In this document: positions 1 to 11,434 of the stretch, in pieces
Layout of the letters: each line of letters begins with the position of its first letter
Position numbering within the stretch: the first letter of the stretch is position 1
From: Fimicolochytrium jonesii
Taxonomy: Eukaryota
Reading direction: 5' to 3'
NCBI RefSeq assembly: GCF_025526975.1
Contig: NW_026515689.1
Span: 310,001-374,000 of the forward strand
Length of the DNA: 64,000 nucleotides
Notes under the pieces: model-generated
Told to the model about the DNA's origin: nothing
Seen by the model: the letters and a program-made list of their open reading frames with translations, nothing else
Databases searched by the model: none
Program-made: the position numbers and the translations under genes

Positions 1-3000
1 GCATCACTTTTGCAGCATCTTGGAGGTGGATATGTATACTGTTGCGCGCCCTGAGTATGCCTTGTCGCATACGGTGGACGACGGAGATGTACAATTTGTT
101 GCCACGGTCGTTCTCCCGAACGTTTTACCCCCCGAGATGCGCATCGTTTTAGGTCATCCGATGCGGTCCAAGGCTCTGGCATTCCGATCCGCTGCGTTGG
201 AAGCCGTGAAACTTCTGCATCAGAAGAAATACCTGGACAATCATCTCCGCCCCATATTCGATACCACCTATTGTCACACCAGTGTGGAGGATGCAGATGT
301 TGCCACTTTGAAGAAAGAGCTGCTGGCGCTCAAATCGAAGCAGAGGAAAGCAAAATACCCGATTGCACTACCTGAATGTCTGATCAAATGCTGGGTGCCA
401 GAAAAGACAGCAACCATCACAGCACACCTGAACGTGATTGACACGGCAGGATTTGAAGGAGCGCCGACTTGTCAACCATTGGGATTCCTCACCGTCAACC
501 CTCTGCCGGTCGCCCCTTTCGAGTTCCCAATCTGGCCAAACCTTCTCGAACTCCGTGTGCGTGTCCAAACTACCTCCAAACCGTTCGCGTTGACGAGGGA
601 CCAGTACAAACTCGCCAAGAAGTACAACTTTCTTGTCCTATCTCCCATGATGAAGCATACGATCTTTCCAGAGCACGGCGAGTACGCCTTTCTTGCGGTG
701 CCCTTGACCGTCAAACCTGGAGGTTCTCCTATCAACGTCACTGAGGTGGATGCGGACACCCTGGTCGATTGGGAATCCATGGACAAAGCATGTAACTTTG
801 AGCCACGCCAACATCGAAGCGTGCTCTACAACCCGGAGGTCATCAATGAAGTTGTGGTCAGCACAAAGCACTGGCAGAGGAAATTCCTGGTGCAAGAGTT
901 TCTTCCCGACCGCACTCCGTTCGACGAGGTGCCGTTCACGGATCCTAAGTTCAAACGAACCGTGGACTACTACACTACAATGAAGGATCACACGAAAGTC
1001 AGAGTGCAGCAACCTGTGATTAGAGCCAATCTGGTCACTAGGAAGTTTAACATGCTGGCATATCACAACGTAAGAGCTCATTTCTGTCAAGCATATGACC
1101 CTGCGCATATTTGAAATAGGTGATCCCATTATCCAGATCGCACAAAGCGAAAGTGTCGATGCTCTCAGGGATGGCGATGTCTTCCTCATGCCTCAGGTAT
1201 CTCTTCATGCATGGGACGGGAGTCTGGAGCAGGTTTGGACTGCGAACTCATCAATGCCGTTTGAAGTTTCTCCAACCTTACAGCATCAAGAAGAACGTCT
1301 TGGAGTCAGCCACGATCCTACCTTCCATCTTCTACTACCTGGAGATAGCGTGTCGCGCAGAACAGCTGAGACAGAATTTGGCGTTGCCAACCAAGCTGGA
1401 CACCCTCATCACTGCCCTCAGCGCCCCGTCTGCAGTCTTGCAAACGAACTACGAACGTCTGGAGACGCTTGGAGACGCATTCTTGAAGATTGCAATAGTC
1501 TTGCATATGTACGCTTTGCACCCACATCGTCATGAAGGCGTGATGACGATGATGGCCCATCGCATGCAATCGAACTTCGCCCTTTACGAGAAGGGGAAGC
1601 TGAGGAATATCACTGGATACATGATTACGAGCAAGCTCGCCAGGTACGCTTCATCTCAGACCGTGTGTGGAAACTTGAAGGGGCAAAATAACCACACGGG
1701 CAATTTTGCAGAACGGAATGGCGCCCAATTATTGCCGACAAAGGATATGACGACGAAGATATCGAGACCATGCTAGAAAGGGCCGAGCTGGAGGACGAGA
1801 ACGCGCACAACAACCGGAAGCGGGTGCTTCCCAAGAAGGAGAAGGAGATTCCTTCCGCGGTGACCACCACTCACGGCCTATCAACGAAGCAAATTGCAGA
1901 CTCTGTCGAATCCATTCTCGGGGCCTGTCTGAACGACAACGGAATAAAAGGTGCAGCGCAAGCTCTGCACAACGTCTACAGCACGGCTTTTGTCGTGAAC
2001 TGGGAGGACTACATGCTCGCTCTTGACCAGCACCCGAAGCCCGCGGGAGAGATGCGTATTGAGAAGCGAAACGCTGTTGCCCATGTCGAAGAGATCATTG
2101 GATACAAGTTCAAGAGCCCTTGGCTTCTTGCGGAGGCGCTAACGCATCCGAGCTCCCCGGACCCTACCGTACAGAACTATCAAAGGCTGGAGTTTCTTGG
2201 TATGTGCTGCACCAAAGACGGATTTGACCCCCCGCTAATCCCTTCTTCGTGTTGATAGGCGACGCTATCCTGGGTCTCCTAGCTGTGCGCTACTTTTTCC
2301 GAAAGTATCCTGAGCTTCCACCGGGTCGACTAGTCGACCTGAAGGACGCAGCAGTCAACAATGCCTTCCTTGCGTGCGTTTCGGCCAACATGGGACTGCA
2401 CTATCACATCGACAGACTGTCGGCGCCTATGGATCAGGACATTGCGGATTATTGCGATGCCTTGTGGATTGAAGCTAAGCGGCACACCGACACGACGGAC
2501 GCTAGGCGGGCAAAGCTGGATCTGCTCGCGGGAACGTTCATCGAGAGTAAAGTGGAAAGGAACAACTTGCAGAGAGAAATGGAAGCAGAGATGCAGTAAG
2601 TACCTCCTTCCGTTGGGACCTCAAAGGAGTCAAATCAGATTAATTTGCCTCCCTAGCTACTGGACCAACATTGAGACGCCAAAAGCTATCTCCGACGTTT
2701 TTGAAGCCATCACAGGCGCCATCTTCGTGGACAATCGCTTCGACGCTGAAGCAGTCTGGGCATTTCTGGAACGCGTCTGGCTTCCCTGGGTGGCTGAGTT
2801 TGTTCAACCACACTTCGTCGGCCGACACCCCTTCCGCGAGCTTGCGCTGTTCTTCCGAAACGAGATGGGCTGCGATAAATGGCGTGTACCGGCAAGGCAC
2901 GACTCGGAAGGGCACGCGTACGTCGCCAATCTGGTGGTTCATGAGCAAATCCTGGCAGTTGCGCAAGGCCCCAGTAAGAAGGCAGCAAGGCGGATCGTGT

Positions 3001-3170
3001 CCGAGCTGGTTCTCGACACGATGGACGACATAGCCAAGCGAGTCAAAGCCGAATGCGATTGTCGGGGAAGGAGAGTCGAAAGACCGAAGGGCGACACGGT
3101 CGAGGACACGAGGGATGACGACGATGAGCCGATGCTGGAGAAGGATGAAGCTACCATGCATGCGTACTAA
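1..3170 (+). CDS. Dicer-like endoribonuclease (5'-partial, multi-exon)
   Basis: Dicer dimerisation-type fold (ALAFRSAALEAVKLLHQKKYLDNHLRP), a PAZ-like segment, RNase IIIa (NYERLETLGDAFLK...ADSVESILGA) and RNase IIIb (NYQRLEFLG/DAILG...SDVFEAITGAIF). It ends in a dsRBD (AQGPSKKAARR) with a C..H..CxC motif. ORF pieces join through GT-AG introns. Confidence 0.95.
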
Positions 3171-3455
3171 GAGGAAGTCCGAGAGAATGCAAGAAGGCGT
3201 ATGTGGTGGGCCTATTGTCAGCATGTAGACCACCATCCCCCGATCCAATTAGCTTTGCACAGGATCAAAGTTGGAAATCACAATTTACACATCAGTACTT
3301 GACGAAAGAGAGTTGCTTCGAGCGTACATGTACATACACAGCAAACATCAACCACAACGATTCCGTCCAAAATACTATATGATACATCAAAAGAGAATGC
3401 AAACAACTATATACACTAAAAGACTAACAATCCCAGAAACTGCGACGCGCTCAAG

Positions 3456-4912
3456 CTAGCCGCGCCAGACAGCCCAACGCGCCCCTTGTCCAACCAATGT
3501 AAATGACGTATCGCAAGGGACCCAGTTTCCAGGACCGATCTTGACGGCCAAGCGTCCGATTGTCCCAGCGATGTAAGCCGCATACACAGTGCTGTCCGCT
3601 TGGTCGATACGAACGGGCGACAAGCTATGGACCCCGGCGGCCTTGCGAGCCTCAATCAGAGGGTCGATTTGCGACTTCAAGTTATTGATATCTGAAGAGG
3701 AACAAACTCCGCATCAGTAAATGGATCTGAAACGCAAGTAAACTACCAACCGCAAGTCACAACTCACAATCTAGCCAGAAGACACAGGGAATACCGGGAT
3801 GAGTCAAGATGTACGCGTAGCCAACCATTGGATCGCCAGGGAAGGGCACCGAGGGCGCCTTTGGATCCTTCCTCGCGGTATCATGATTGTCGACGAAAGT
3901 CATGGTATAACCGGGGGCCAAGCCAATCAGACCTGCGGGGTTCTCGCCGTTCCTCAGAAGATCGTATCGGTTTCGGTTGATCGCAGAGCTTAGCAAGAAC
4001 CTTGTTGAGAAGTCGATGGCTCCGGACGCACTGCCTGTGTCTTGGATCCACTTGAAGATCGTCTGCGGGTCGGGCGCCGGTTGGCGATCGAGCCAGAACT
4101 CGCCGAAGCTGATCTCTGGAGTCGACGCGTCGTTATACTGTTTGATGAACCGCGGGGCGAATCCCCTGACGAAATCGTACCTAGTATACGGCAGCCAAAG
4201 TCAGCCAAGGGATGCGAGACATTCGATAAGGAAAACCAACCCACCTCCAGGCGGTGAACCCGACACCCTTCAACCTGTCCCGCAGGTATGTAATGACGCC
4301 GTTTTGCACAGCCGGGTTATTGTGATCGAGGTCTCTGCCCCCTATGAAAGGTTCGCCGGTGTCCTGTCCGCCAGTCGGATAGCCTACCACGCCTTTGGCG
4401 TCTGGGGGAGGATGTGCCCATTCATCTGTATAGCACACAGCTGCCTGGTTATCGCCGAAGGAAGGTTCGGCAAAATCGCCCCAGTTGAATTGGCCGACGC
4501 GATGGTTCACAACGATATCGGCCATCGACTTGATGTTGGCGCCAGCCAAAGACTTGAGGACGCGGCGAAGCGAAACCTCGGTGCCATACTGGCTGTCGAG
4601 CTTGTTCCAATTGCGTGGCAGATAGCCCTGGGCGTCCTTCGCGTCATCCTCGGCGGCATCCGAGACGGGGGGGAGCCAGGCGTATGTGAAATGGCCTTGT
4701 AAGTTTGGTACGTTGTCGTTAAGAATATCGTACCAGCCGCCCTTGTGGTCATGCACGCTCTCCCAGTAGAAAGCCTGAATCATGACATCGCCTCTCGCGG
4801 CATACGGATTATCCCTCTTGGCCAGGTGGTAAACAGGCGATGCGGAAGTGAAAGTGACGAGAGAAAGGGCGATGAGGGCGGCCTTCGTGAGTGATAAACC
4901 GGGAGAAAGCAT
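3456..4912 (-). CDS. Secreted alpha-amylase, GH13, plant-type (GH13_6-like), 2 introns
   Basis: Signal peptide followed by LAKR. Motifs VMIQAFYWES, GYLP, DIVVNHR, WR/YDFVRGF (nucleophile), GEFW, FVDNHDT and GYAYILTHPGIPCVF, plus the C-terminal beta domain YAAYI...LAVKIGP. Confidence 0.92.
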
Positions 4913-6206
4913 GCCTGCGATGTTGCTGGGTTTGAAGGACAGTTGCCTGGATGTCTGAGAGAATGTGAGGGAATCGCCTTGCTGGGTGGGCTCTTTTATG
5001 CGAAACGCTCAACTCACCCATCCAAGGCGACACTTTGCAGTATGCCTGCATTTTTCCATCCTTGGGAGTGTGGCCTGCGCTTTAGCTCCATCGAATCCAT
5101 CCGGTCGCTCCGTGGGCGTCAAAGCCTCCAAAAAGGGATTTGAGTTTTTTCGTGATCCGGCCGAGAATCCACATTTTGTGTCTGAGCGGCGTGTCGTTGG
5201 TCGTTGGGAAACAAAAGACGATCCGGCGAACGTTGACTATCCAGATCCAGTGTTGAACGAGGAAAGGCGTGCAAGGGCAACGCGGAACTTTCGCGAGAAC
5301 GCGTTGGTCGGAGTTAGGCCTGAATTACAGCAATTTGTGAGTTTCTTGTCGAGACGCCCTCTGACCTTTTTCGGACGCGTTTTGTGCCAGGCGAGAAGCG
5401 GTCAGACGACTGGAAACTTACGCACACCGCACCTCACGTGCCCCTTTCGGGCGTTCGAACCCTCGATCAACCGCCAACTCGCAGGGCTATGGTGATTTGC
5501 TCCGATGCTCGTCGCTTGGTGAGGACTCATGGAGGAGACTCGCTCTCAAGAGAGAATCGTTTCGGCGATGACGGCGGTCGATCCTCCAGGTGAGTTCGCT
5601 TGGTGAACATTGAAGACGGTGATGGAGGAGGACCTAGGTCCTAGAAGGAACCAGCGTCGGTATCGGCTTCAAATGTCCTACCTCGAATGAGGTCAAATGA
5701 TGCTGGTCTACCGATCACCAGAATGCCCTCTTAGGAAGATATATAGGAGGTATTGTACGAAGGCGAAGGCAAGTCGTAAGGAAGTAACCTGAATCATCGG
5801 GATGTAATTGTACAATACAGTATGTGATGAGTTTGAGAACGCCCGCGATCATAGGGAACCGTAACCCACGGGAGGCCACAGTATAGTGTACTGTATGTAG
5901 TACATCTCCCACGCGCAGCGAATAGACGGGAGAACGGAGTCGACCGGATGGGGTAGCTCTCGAGCACGGCTTTGAAGACAGAACGGCGACCGACCCCCCG
6001 CGAGCGGAAGATTGTTGAAATTGGATGTGTCATCGTCGTGCAGTTCGCGGCGCGTGAGGGGCTGCTCCGTCTCCGCCCCCGCGGCTGCGGCAACCAAGCT
6101 GCTGTATATTGGGCGCCCCATCCTGCGAATATTCATGTGCTGTATGTAAGGCAGCTCACGCTAGAACCAGAAGGTCATTCGTCAGAGGCATTCAACAAAC
6201 ACTTCA

Positions 6207-8714
6207 ATGGGTTCACACAGCGTCACCGATTCCGCCGCCTCTAGCAAGAATGTGGCGACGGTTCCTGGAGTTGTCTCCAGCGTCCAAGAAGCTGAACGGA
6301 GTGCCGCCGTAAAACTTGGCGCCATCTTGGCTTCAGGATCGCACCCTTTCGACTTTACCGACGTGCAAATGAAAACCCTGCAAACCGTCCTGGAAACCTA
6401 TCTACTCCCCGCCGACGACGAGGAGGAGTTTCAACGAGCTTTCTTGGCCGGGGGGATAACGGGGAAGGGCGGAGCACCGACTTTGAGCGAAGCAGCTTCC
6501 GGTGACGTCGAAAAGTATGCCACAGCACCGCCAAGCCAATTCATATCAATTCCAGACGCCCTCGAACTGCTGGGGTTGATGGCCCGACCCGATCAGATCA
6601 ACGCAATACGGACTTTCCTGACAATTTTGTCCACTCCCATCTCGAGTTACATAGTGACTGGAGTCTTTTCTTCGGTCCTCGATATGTCTGAAAAGGACCG
6701 GGTTCGGGTTTTGCGAAATCTACGAACGAGCCGTCTGGGACCGCTCAGAAATGTTGCGGAATCCTTCAAATCGTTGGCGATGGTGACTGCCTATGGGGTC
6801 CCGTTACGCGACGAAACTGGCAACGTCTCCCATCCCTTGTGGAAAACGGTTGGTTATCAGAGGCATCCCAAGCTGGAACGGCCATTGCCCGACGATCTCT
6901 GGCGGCCAACCTTTGTTCAGCTTTTCCAAGACCAGGCAGCTGCGTTAACTGTAGCAGAGCCAGCGACCCTGCATTGTGATGTTGTGATAGTTGGGTCGGG
7001 AGCTGGAGGAGGTTTAGTTGCGGCGGAGTTGACAAAGGAGGGATACAACGTTATCGTGCTGGAAAAAGGGCGATACAACCACCCGACAGAGCTGTCCTAT
7101 GAGGAAGCCGATTGCTATAAGCAATTATACGAGGCCGCAGGCGGACTTTTGACGGAGGATGGCGGTATACGCATTGCTGCAGGCAGCACGTTTGGCGGCG
7201 GCACGTTCGTCAACTGGTACGTGCATACCCTTTATGAGGTATATGTCCGATGCATTCGATTGCTCAAACATTGCGCCTTTCGTTTCGGTAGGAGTGCATC
7301 GCTAAGACTCCCATACAAAACTCGAGAGGAGTGGGCAAAAAAGTATGATTTGCCTTACTTCACCTCCGACGAGTACAACAAATCCCTTGATGCGGTCTGT
7401 TCCCGCCTTGGCGTGGGAACCGACGCTATTCAACATAATATCCCTAACAGTCTCCTAATGAAAGGATGCCAGAAGTTGGGCATGCCATGCGTTTCTATTC
7501 CGCAAAATACGGCCGGAAAACCACACACCTGCGGGTTTTGCGGTCTTGGGTGCCCATACGGGGAGAAACAAGGAGCACATGTAACGTATCTGCGGGATGC
7601 CGCAGAGACGGGAAAAGCTCGCTTCGTGGAAAACTGCGAAGTGGAAAAGATACAGCATCATCGTGGACGCGCGACGGGAGTGGAAGGAAAGATTACGGAC
7701 CCGAACACGGGGCTTAGTCGGAAGATCATTGTCAAGGCGAAGAAGGTCGTCTCGAGCGCCGGTTCGATCAACACGCCAGCACTCTTGCTTCGATCGGGTT
7801 TCAGGAATCCGAACATCGGCAAGCATCTTCGTTTGCACCCGGTTTCCTTTATTTTCGGAGTATTCCGAGACCGCACCGAGCCGGTGAACCCGTGGAGTGG
7901 AAGCATTATGACGGCTTTGTCGACTGCTGCCGATGATATTCACGAGGATGGCTACGGCGCGAAGCTCGAAATCCCGACCATGCATCCCGCTCTGTTTGCT
8001 ATGTCGCTCCCGTTCTACTCACCGTCTCGACATCGAGCAATGATGGCTAACTATCATTACACCGTGCCAATTATCGCCCTCTGCCGGGACAGCGATTCAT
8101 CGACTGGAACAGTGACTGTCAACTCCCGTAAAGGCGCTGACGGCACGACAACATACACCAGGCATATCACCTACAATCTCGGGTCCAAGGATCAACTCAC
8201 CATGGCTGCCGGTGTCGAAGCCGCACTCAAACTGCTCATCGCGGCAGGAGCAACCCAAATCTTCACCACCCAGCCTGGGTTGGACCCATTCGACATTCCT
8301 CGCGGCGGGGACGTCCTCAACACCCCGGAGTTTGCGGCGTATATCGATTCCGTCCGGCGGTTCGGATTCCAATCCACATGGACGCCAATGATATGTGCAC
8401 ATCAGATGGGGTCGTGTAGAATCGCAGGCGATGCGCATCGCGGCGCTTGCGACCCACATGGACGGACGTGGGAGATGAGAGATTGCTACGTGGCTGATGC
8501 TTCTCTGTTTCCGACTGCCAGTGGTGTCAAGTAAGTTTACACTCGCCTGATGAAGAGCGAGAACGTCAAATTCATTCAGATATGATGGATTGACCCTGTT
8601 CTTTTCCATAGCCCAATGATCACCACCTACAGTCTGGCCTACATGGTTGCGCAAACCATCAAGAAGGATCTGCAAGAACTATCACTTGTGTCGGCCACAA
8701 GCGCCAAGCTTTGA
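6207..8714 (+). CDS. Long-chain fatty alcohol oxidase (GMC oxidoreductase), peroxisomal
   Basis: Motifs DVVIVGSGAGGG, GSTFGGGTFVNW, CGFCGLGC, AHQMGSCR and DASLFPTASGV. The last exon (about 8612-8714) ends in ...SAKL*, a PTS1 signal. Confidence 0.92.
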
Positions 8715-9038
8715 ATTTCTAAATAACTTTTGCCATCACTTCCTTGTTCGGACACCTTTTCTTGACCGCACTTTTGTACATTCGTCCCCTTGTCGTATAT
8801 AGTCCCATGCATACATAGATCACGCACTTTCTATGTAGATAGATATGTGTAGCTACCGTCACATCGTACTCTCCAATTGACTCTGCACTCCATATGCCCA
8901 CCAGCTAGTCAAACGGGGTTTCGCTACAAGGCCACTTCAGCCTTTCAGAGAGTTCTGAAGCTGCGTCTACTAATTCAGAAGCCTTTTCCGCCATGACGTT
9001 GGTAGCGATGTACCCCCGCCACATCGTCCCCATAATGC

Positions 9039-9515
9039 TCAGTTCAGCCTATGCAGATATTGAGACAGTTCGCTGAACCCGCCCACAAACTCCACCACCG
9101 ATCCCTCAGCGACCTTCGCGTCCGGATTCGTTTCAGCGCTACTGCCGCTAACCTTTTGACACGATCGTCTCCAAACAAAAGGCGAAGTCCTATGCGACTG
9201 GGCGCCGGGCACACTGGCCTGTAAAGCGGCGCGGCGGGTGGACTGCCAGGTGCCGCGATCCCAGGTGTTCACAACCGCGTGTTGCACTCGATTTTCGTCT
9301 TGGGCGGATATCGCGGCTTTTTCGGCAGCCATGAAATATGGACAGCCTGCAAACCCCTCGACGGTTAGGCAGATGGCGTTTGCTGAGGAAGGGGTGGACA
9401 GGTGCGCGTCGGTGGATGGGGTGGAGGCTGGGGATCGCAGCGTGACGTAGAAGAGATAGGCTGGGGCGAGTACAAACAGGACCACGGCGAAGAGGGCGTT
9501 CAGAGGGCGTGGCAT
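9039..9515 (-). CDS. Small N-terminally anchored glutaredoxin/thioredoxin-fold protein
   Basis: Single-exon 158 aa ORF. It has a hydrophobic N-terminus, then GCPYF, TSPFVW (cis-Pro loop) and FVGGFSEL (Grx GG motif). Confidence 0.7.
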   Translation of the reverse strand: MPRPLNALFAVVLFVLAPAYLFYVTLRSPASTPSTDAHLSTPSSANAICLTVEGFAGCPYFMAAEKAAISAQDENRVQHAVVNTWDRGTWQSTRRAALQASVPGAQSHRTSPFVWRRSCQKVSGSSAETNPDAKVAEGSVVEFVGGFSELSQYLHRLN

Positions 9516-9793
9516 GGTTGCAAAAGTGTGTTTGAAGCGAAGCCAAATCGATCAGGGGTCGCAAATTGTAGGACCGTATGGTACTACCCGCTGCTGGAGG
9601 AGAACGAAGTGGGAGAACTTGGGCGTTGGGAGGGCGTTGGGACTGCGAGCGTCCGCCCTGAACATGAAGTGACACCACTTTGACAGCGGATGTCGCAAAG
9701 GCCACCCAAAGGCCACCGACAGGCAGGAAGTCGAACTCAGAACAGCAGAACCTGCCTCGACTTCAGTTCCTCACACTCATCCGTACCACCACA

Positions 9794-10571
9794 ATGGCCA
9801 CGCCGCGAATAAGCAGAGCACTGAGTGCCGTGTCAAGACACTCACGGGGCATCAGACCGCCACCCCGATGCTCCACGTGCGGTAATGGCATCTATGGCTT
9901 GTTCATCACTCGGCGGGTAGTCAACGTGAGCACTTTCTCAACGTCACCTATACGGCATAAAGCACCGTTCCCTCCAACCACTCAAAGTGATGATACGTAT
10001 GTTTGCTTCCAACGTTGCCGGTGCTGGCTGGTCAGATAGGAACGTACTTTGCTGACGCTTGCACAACGTTCTCACCTAGCCATCCGCTGACCGATCGCGA
10101 ATACCACGCGCTAGCTGACAGTGTCATGGAATATCTGGAGCACACGTTAGAAGAGATAGGAGAGGAGGCCAACATCACGGGGTTTGATGTTGTGGTAGCG
10201 GTAAGAAGCTGGATTGTGGAAGTGTGTTTACCCTAGTCAGAATCGAGTACTCAGTCTTGCCGCAGGCTGGGGTTCTAAATCTGTCGCTGGGCGACATGGG
10301 GACATATGTTATCAACAAGCAACCGCCAAATAAGCAGATATGGCTGTCCTCACCGATAAGGTATATTCTGGCAAGCGGTTCAAAGATGCGAGTACATGGC
10401 GTTCTTATTACCTCAGGCGTTGATTCATGCAGTGGCCCCAAGCGGTTTGACTATGTCCCAGCAACAAAGCATTGGACATACTTACGGACGGGGGAACGTC
10501 TTGCTGACTTACTCTCAGCGGAGCTCTCAGCCCATCTGAAGCAGGAGGTTAAGCTATCGGAGGACTTATAA
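9794..10571 (+). CDS. YFH1: Frataxin, mitochondrial
   Basis: R/S-rich presequence, then [51 protein letters not shown]. Three introns. Confidence 0.95.
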
Positions 10572-11434
10572 AGCAATTCGGATAGGGGTTGCAGCAGGGC
10601 AAATAGTATATATAACGTATGGTAGACATCTGTCATGGAGGGCAGCGTGCAGGATCACGGGCGCTTCAGCACATTGCTGGATTGAGAAGAGAAGGAATGC
10701 AGTACGTTACCGTACGTAGTATATAATATATAGCTTGCAAAAAGAAGCGAAATCAGAAACTAAGTTGCACTACGCACATCTTTGCACTTCTGATTTTGGC
10801 GCCGCGCGTGGGTGTGGAACACGGGGCGTGCAGGCCGTCCGCAAGCGGCCGACTTCAACAGAGGGGGAAGGAATTTCTTGCCGCCCGCGCTAATCAAAAT
10901 GCTAGCGGATGCTAATCATTTCAGAATCGATGGTTCGCCGACCCTCATGATGAAGTCACGGAGGACCTCTGATGCAAAGTGATGTGGCTGCTTGCACAAA
11001 GACCTTCTGAAACCAACAAATTCGCCCCCGGGAAAATGGCTTGATCAGGCTGCCGAGAATAGCAGCAGCAGCAAAGAAAGGCAGCCAGCCCGCAAAAGCA
11101 AGGACACTTCACACCACCCATACTTCCAAAGCCCCTTTCCCACGGCAACAGAGGTTGGTTGGTCTGACTATACTATAGCACGGGCCTTTCTCACTGCCCG
11201 CTCGCTGCTTTGTCCCAATTTCTCATTCTTCGAGTTTTTCCAGCTGAAAGGTATAGAGCCCGTTTCCTTCTCGATAAGCGAGTGAGCTTCAAGGTTTGCG
11301 TCAGACTCAGGTTTCTGCATTTCCCCCCGCAAAAGTCCTAACCCGTTCCTCGTTTATTGCGCTATATTATAGGCTAGCATTGGCTTTCGTCGGAATACGA
11401 GCCTTCGGCTTACAGCCACCAACGCGGAACAACC

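Noticed and set aside
3977..4702. Long antisense/alternate-frame ORFs (also 15446-16225, 23783-24586, 63097-63852)
   Set aside because: They are shadows of well-supported genes in GC-rich coding DNA, with no recognisable motifs.
5629..5642. 14-bp perfect palindrome AGGACCTAGGTCCT
   Set aside because: It is isolated, and a few such palindromes are expected by chance in 64 kb.
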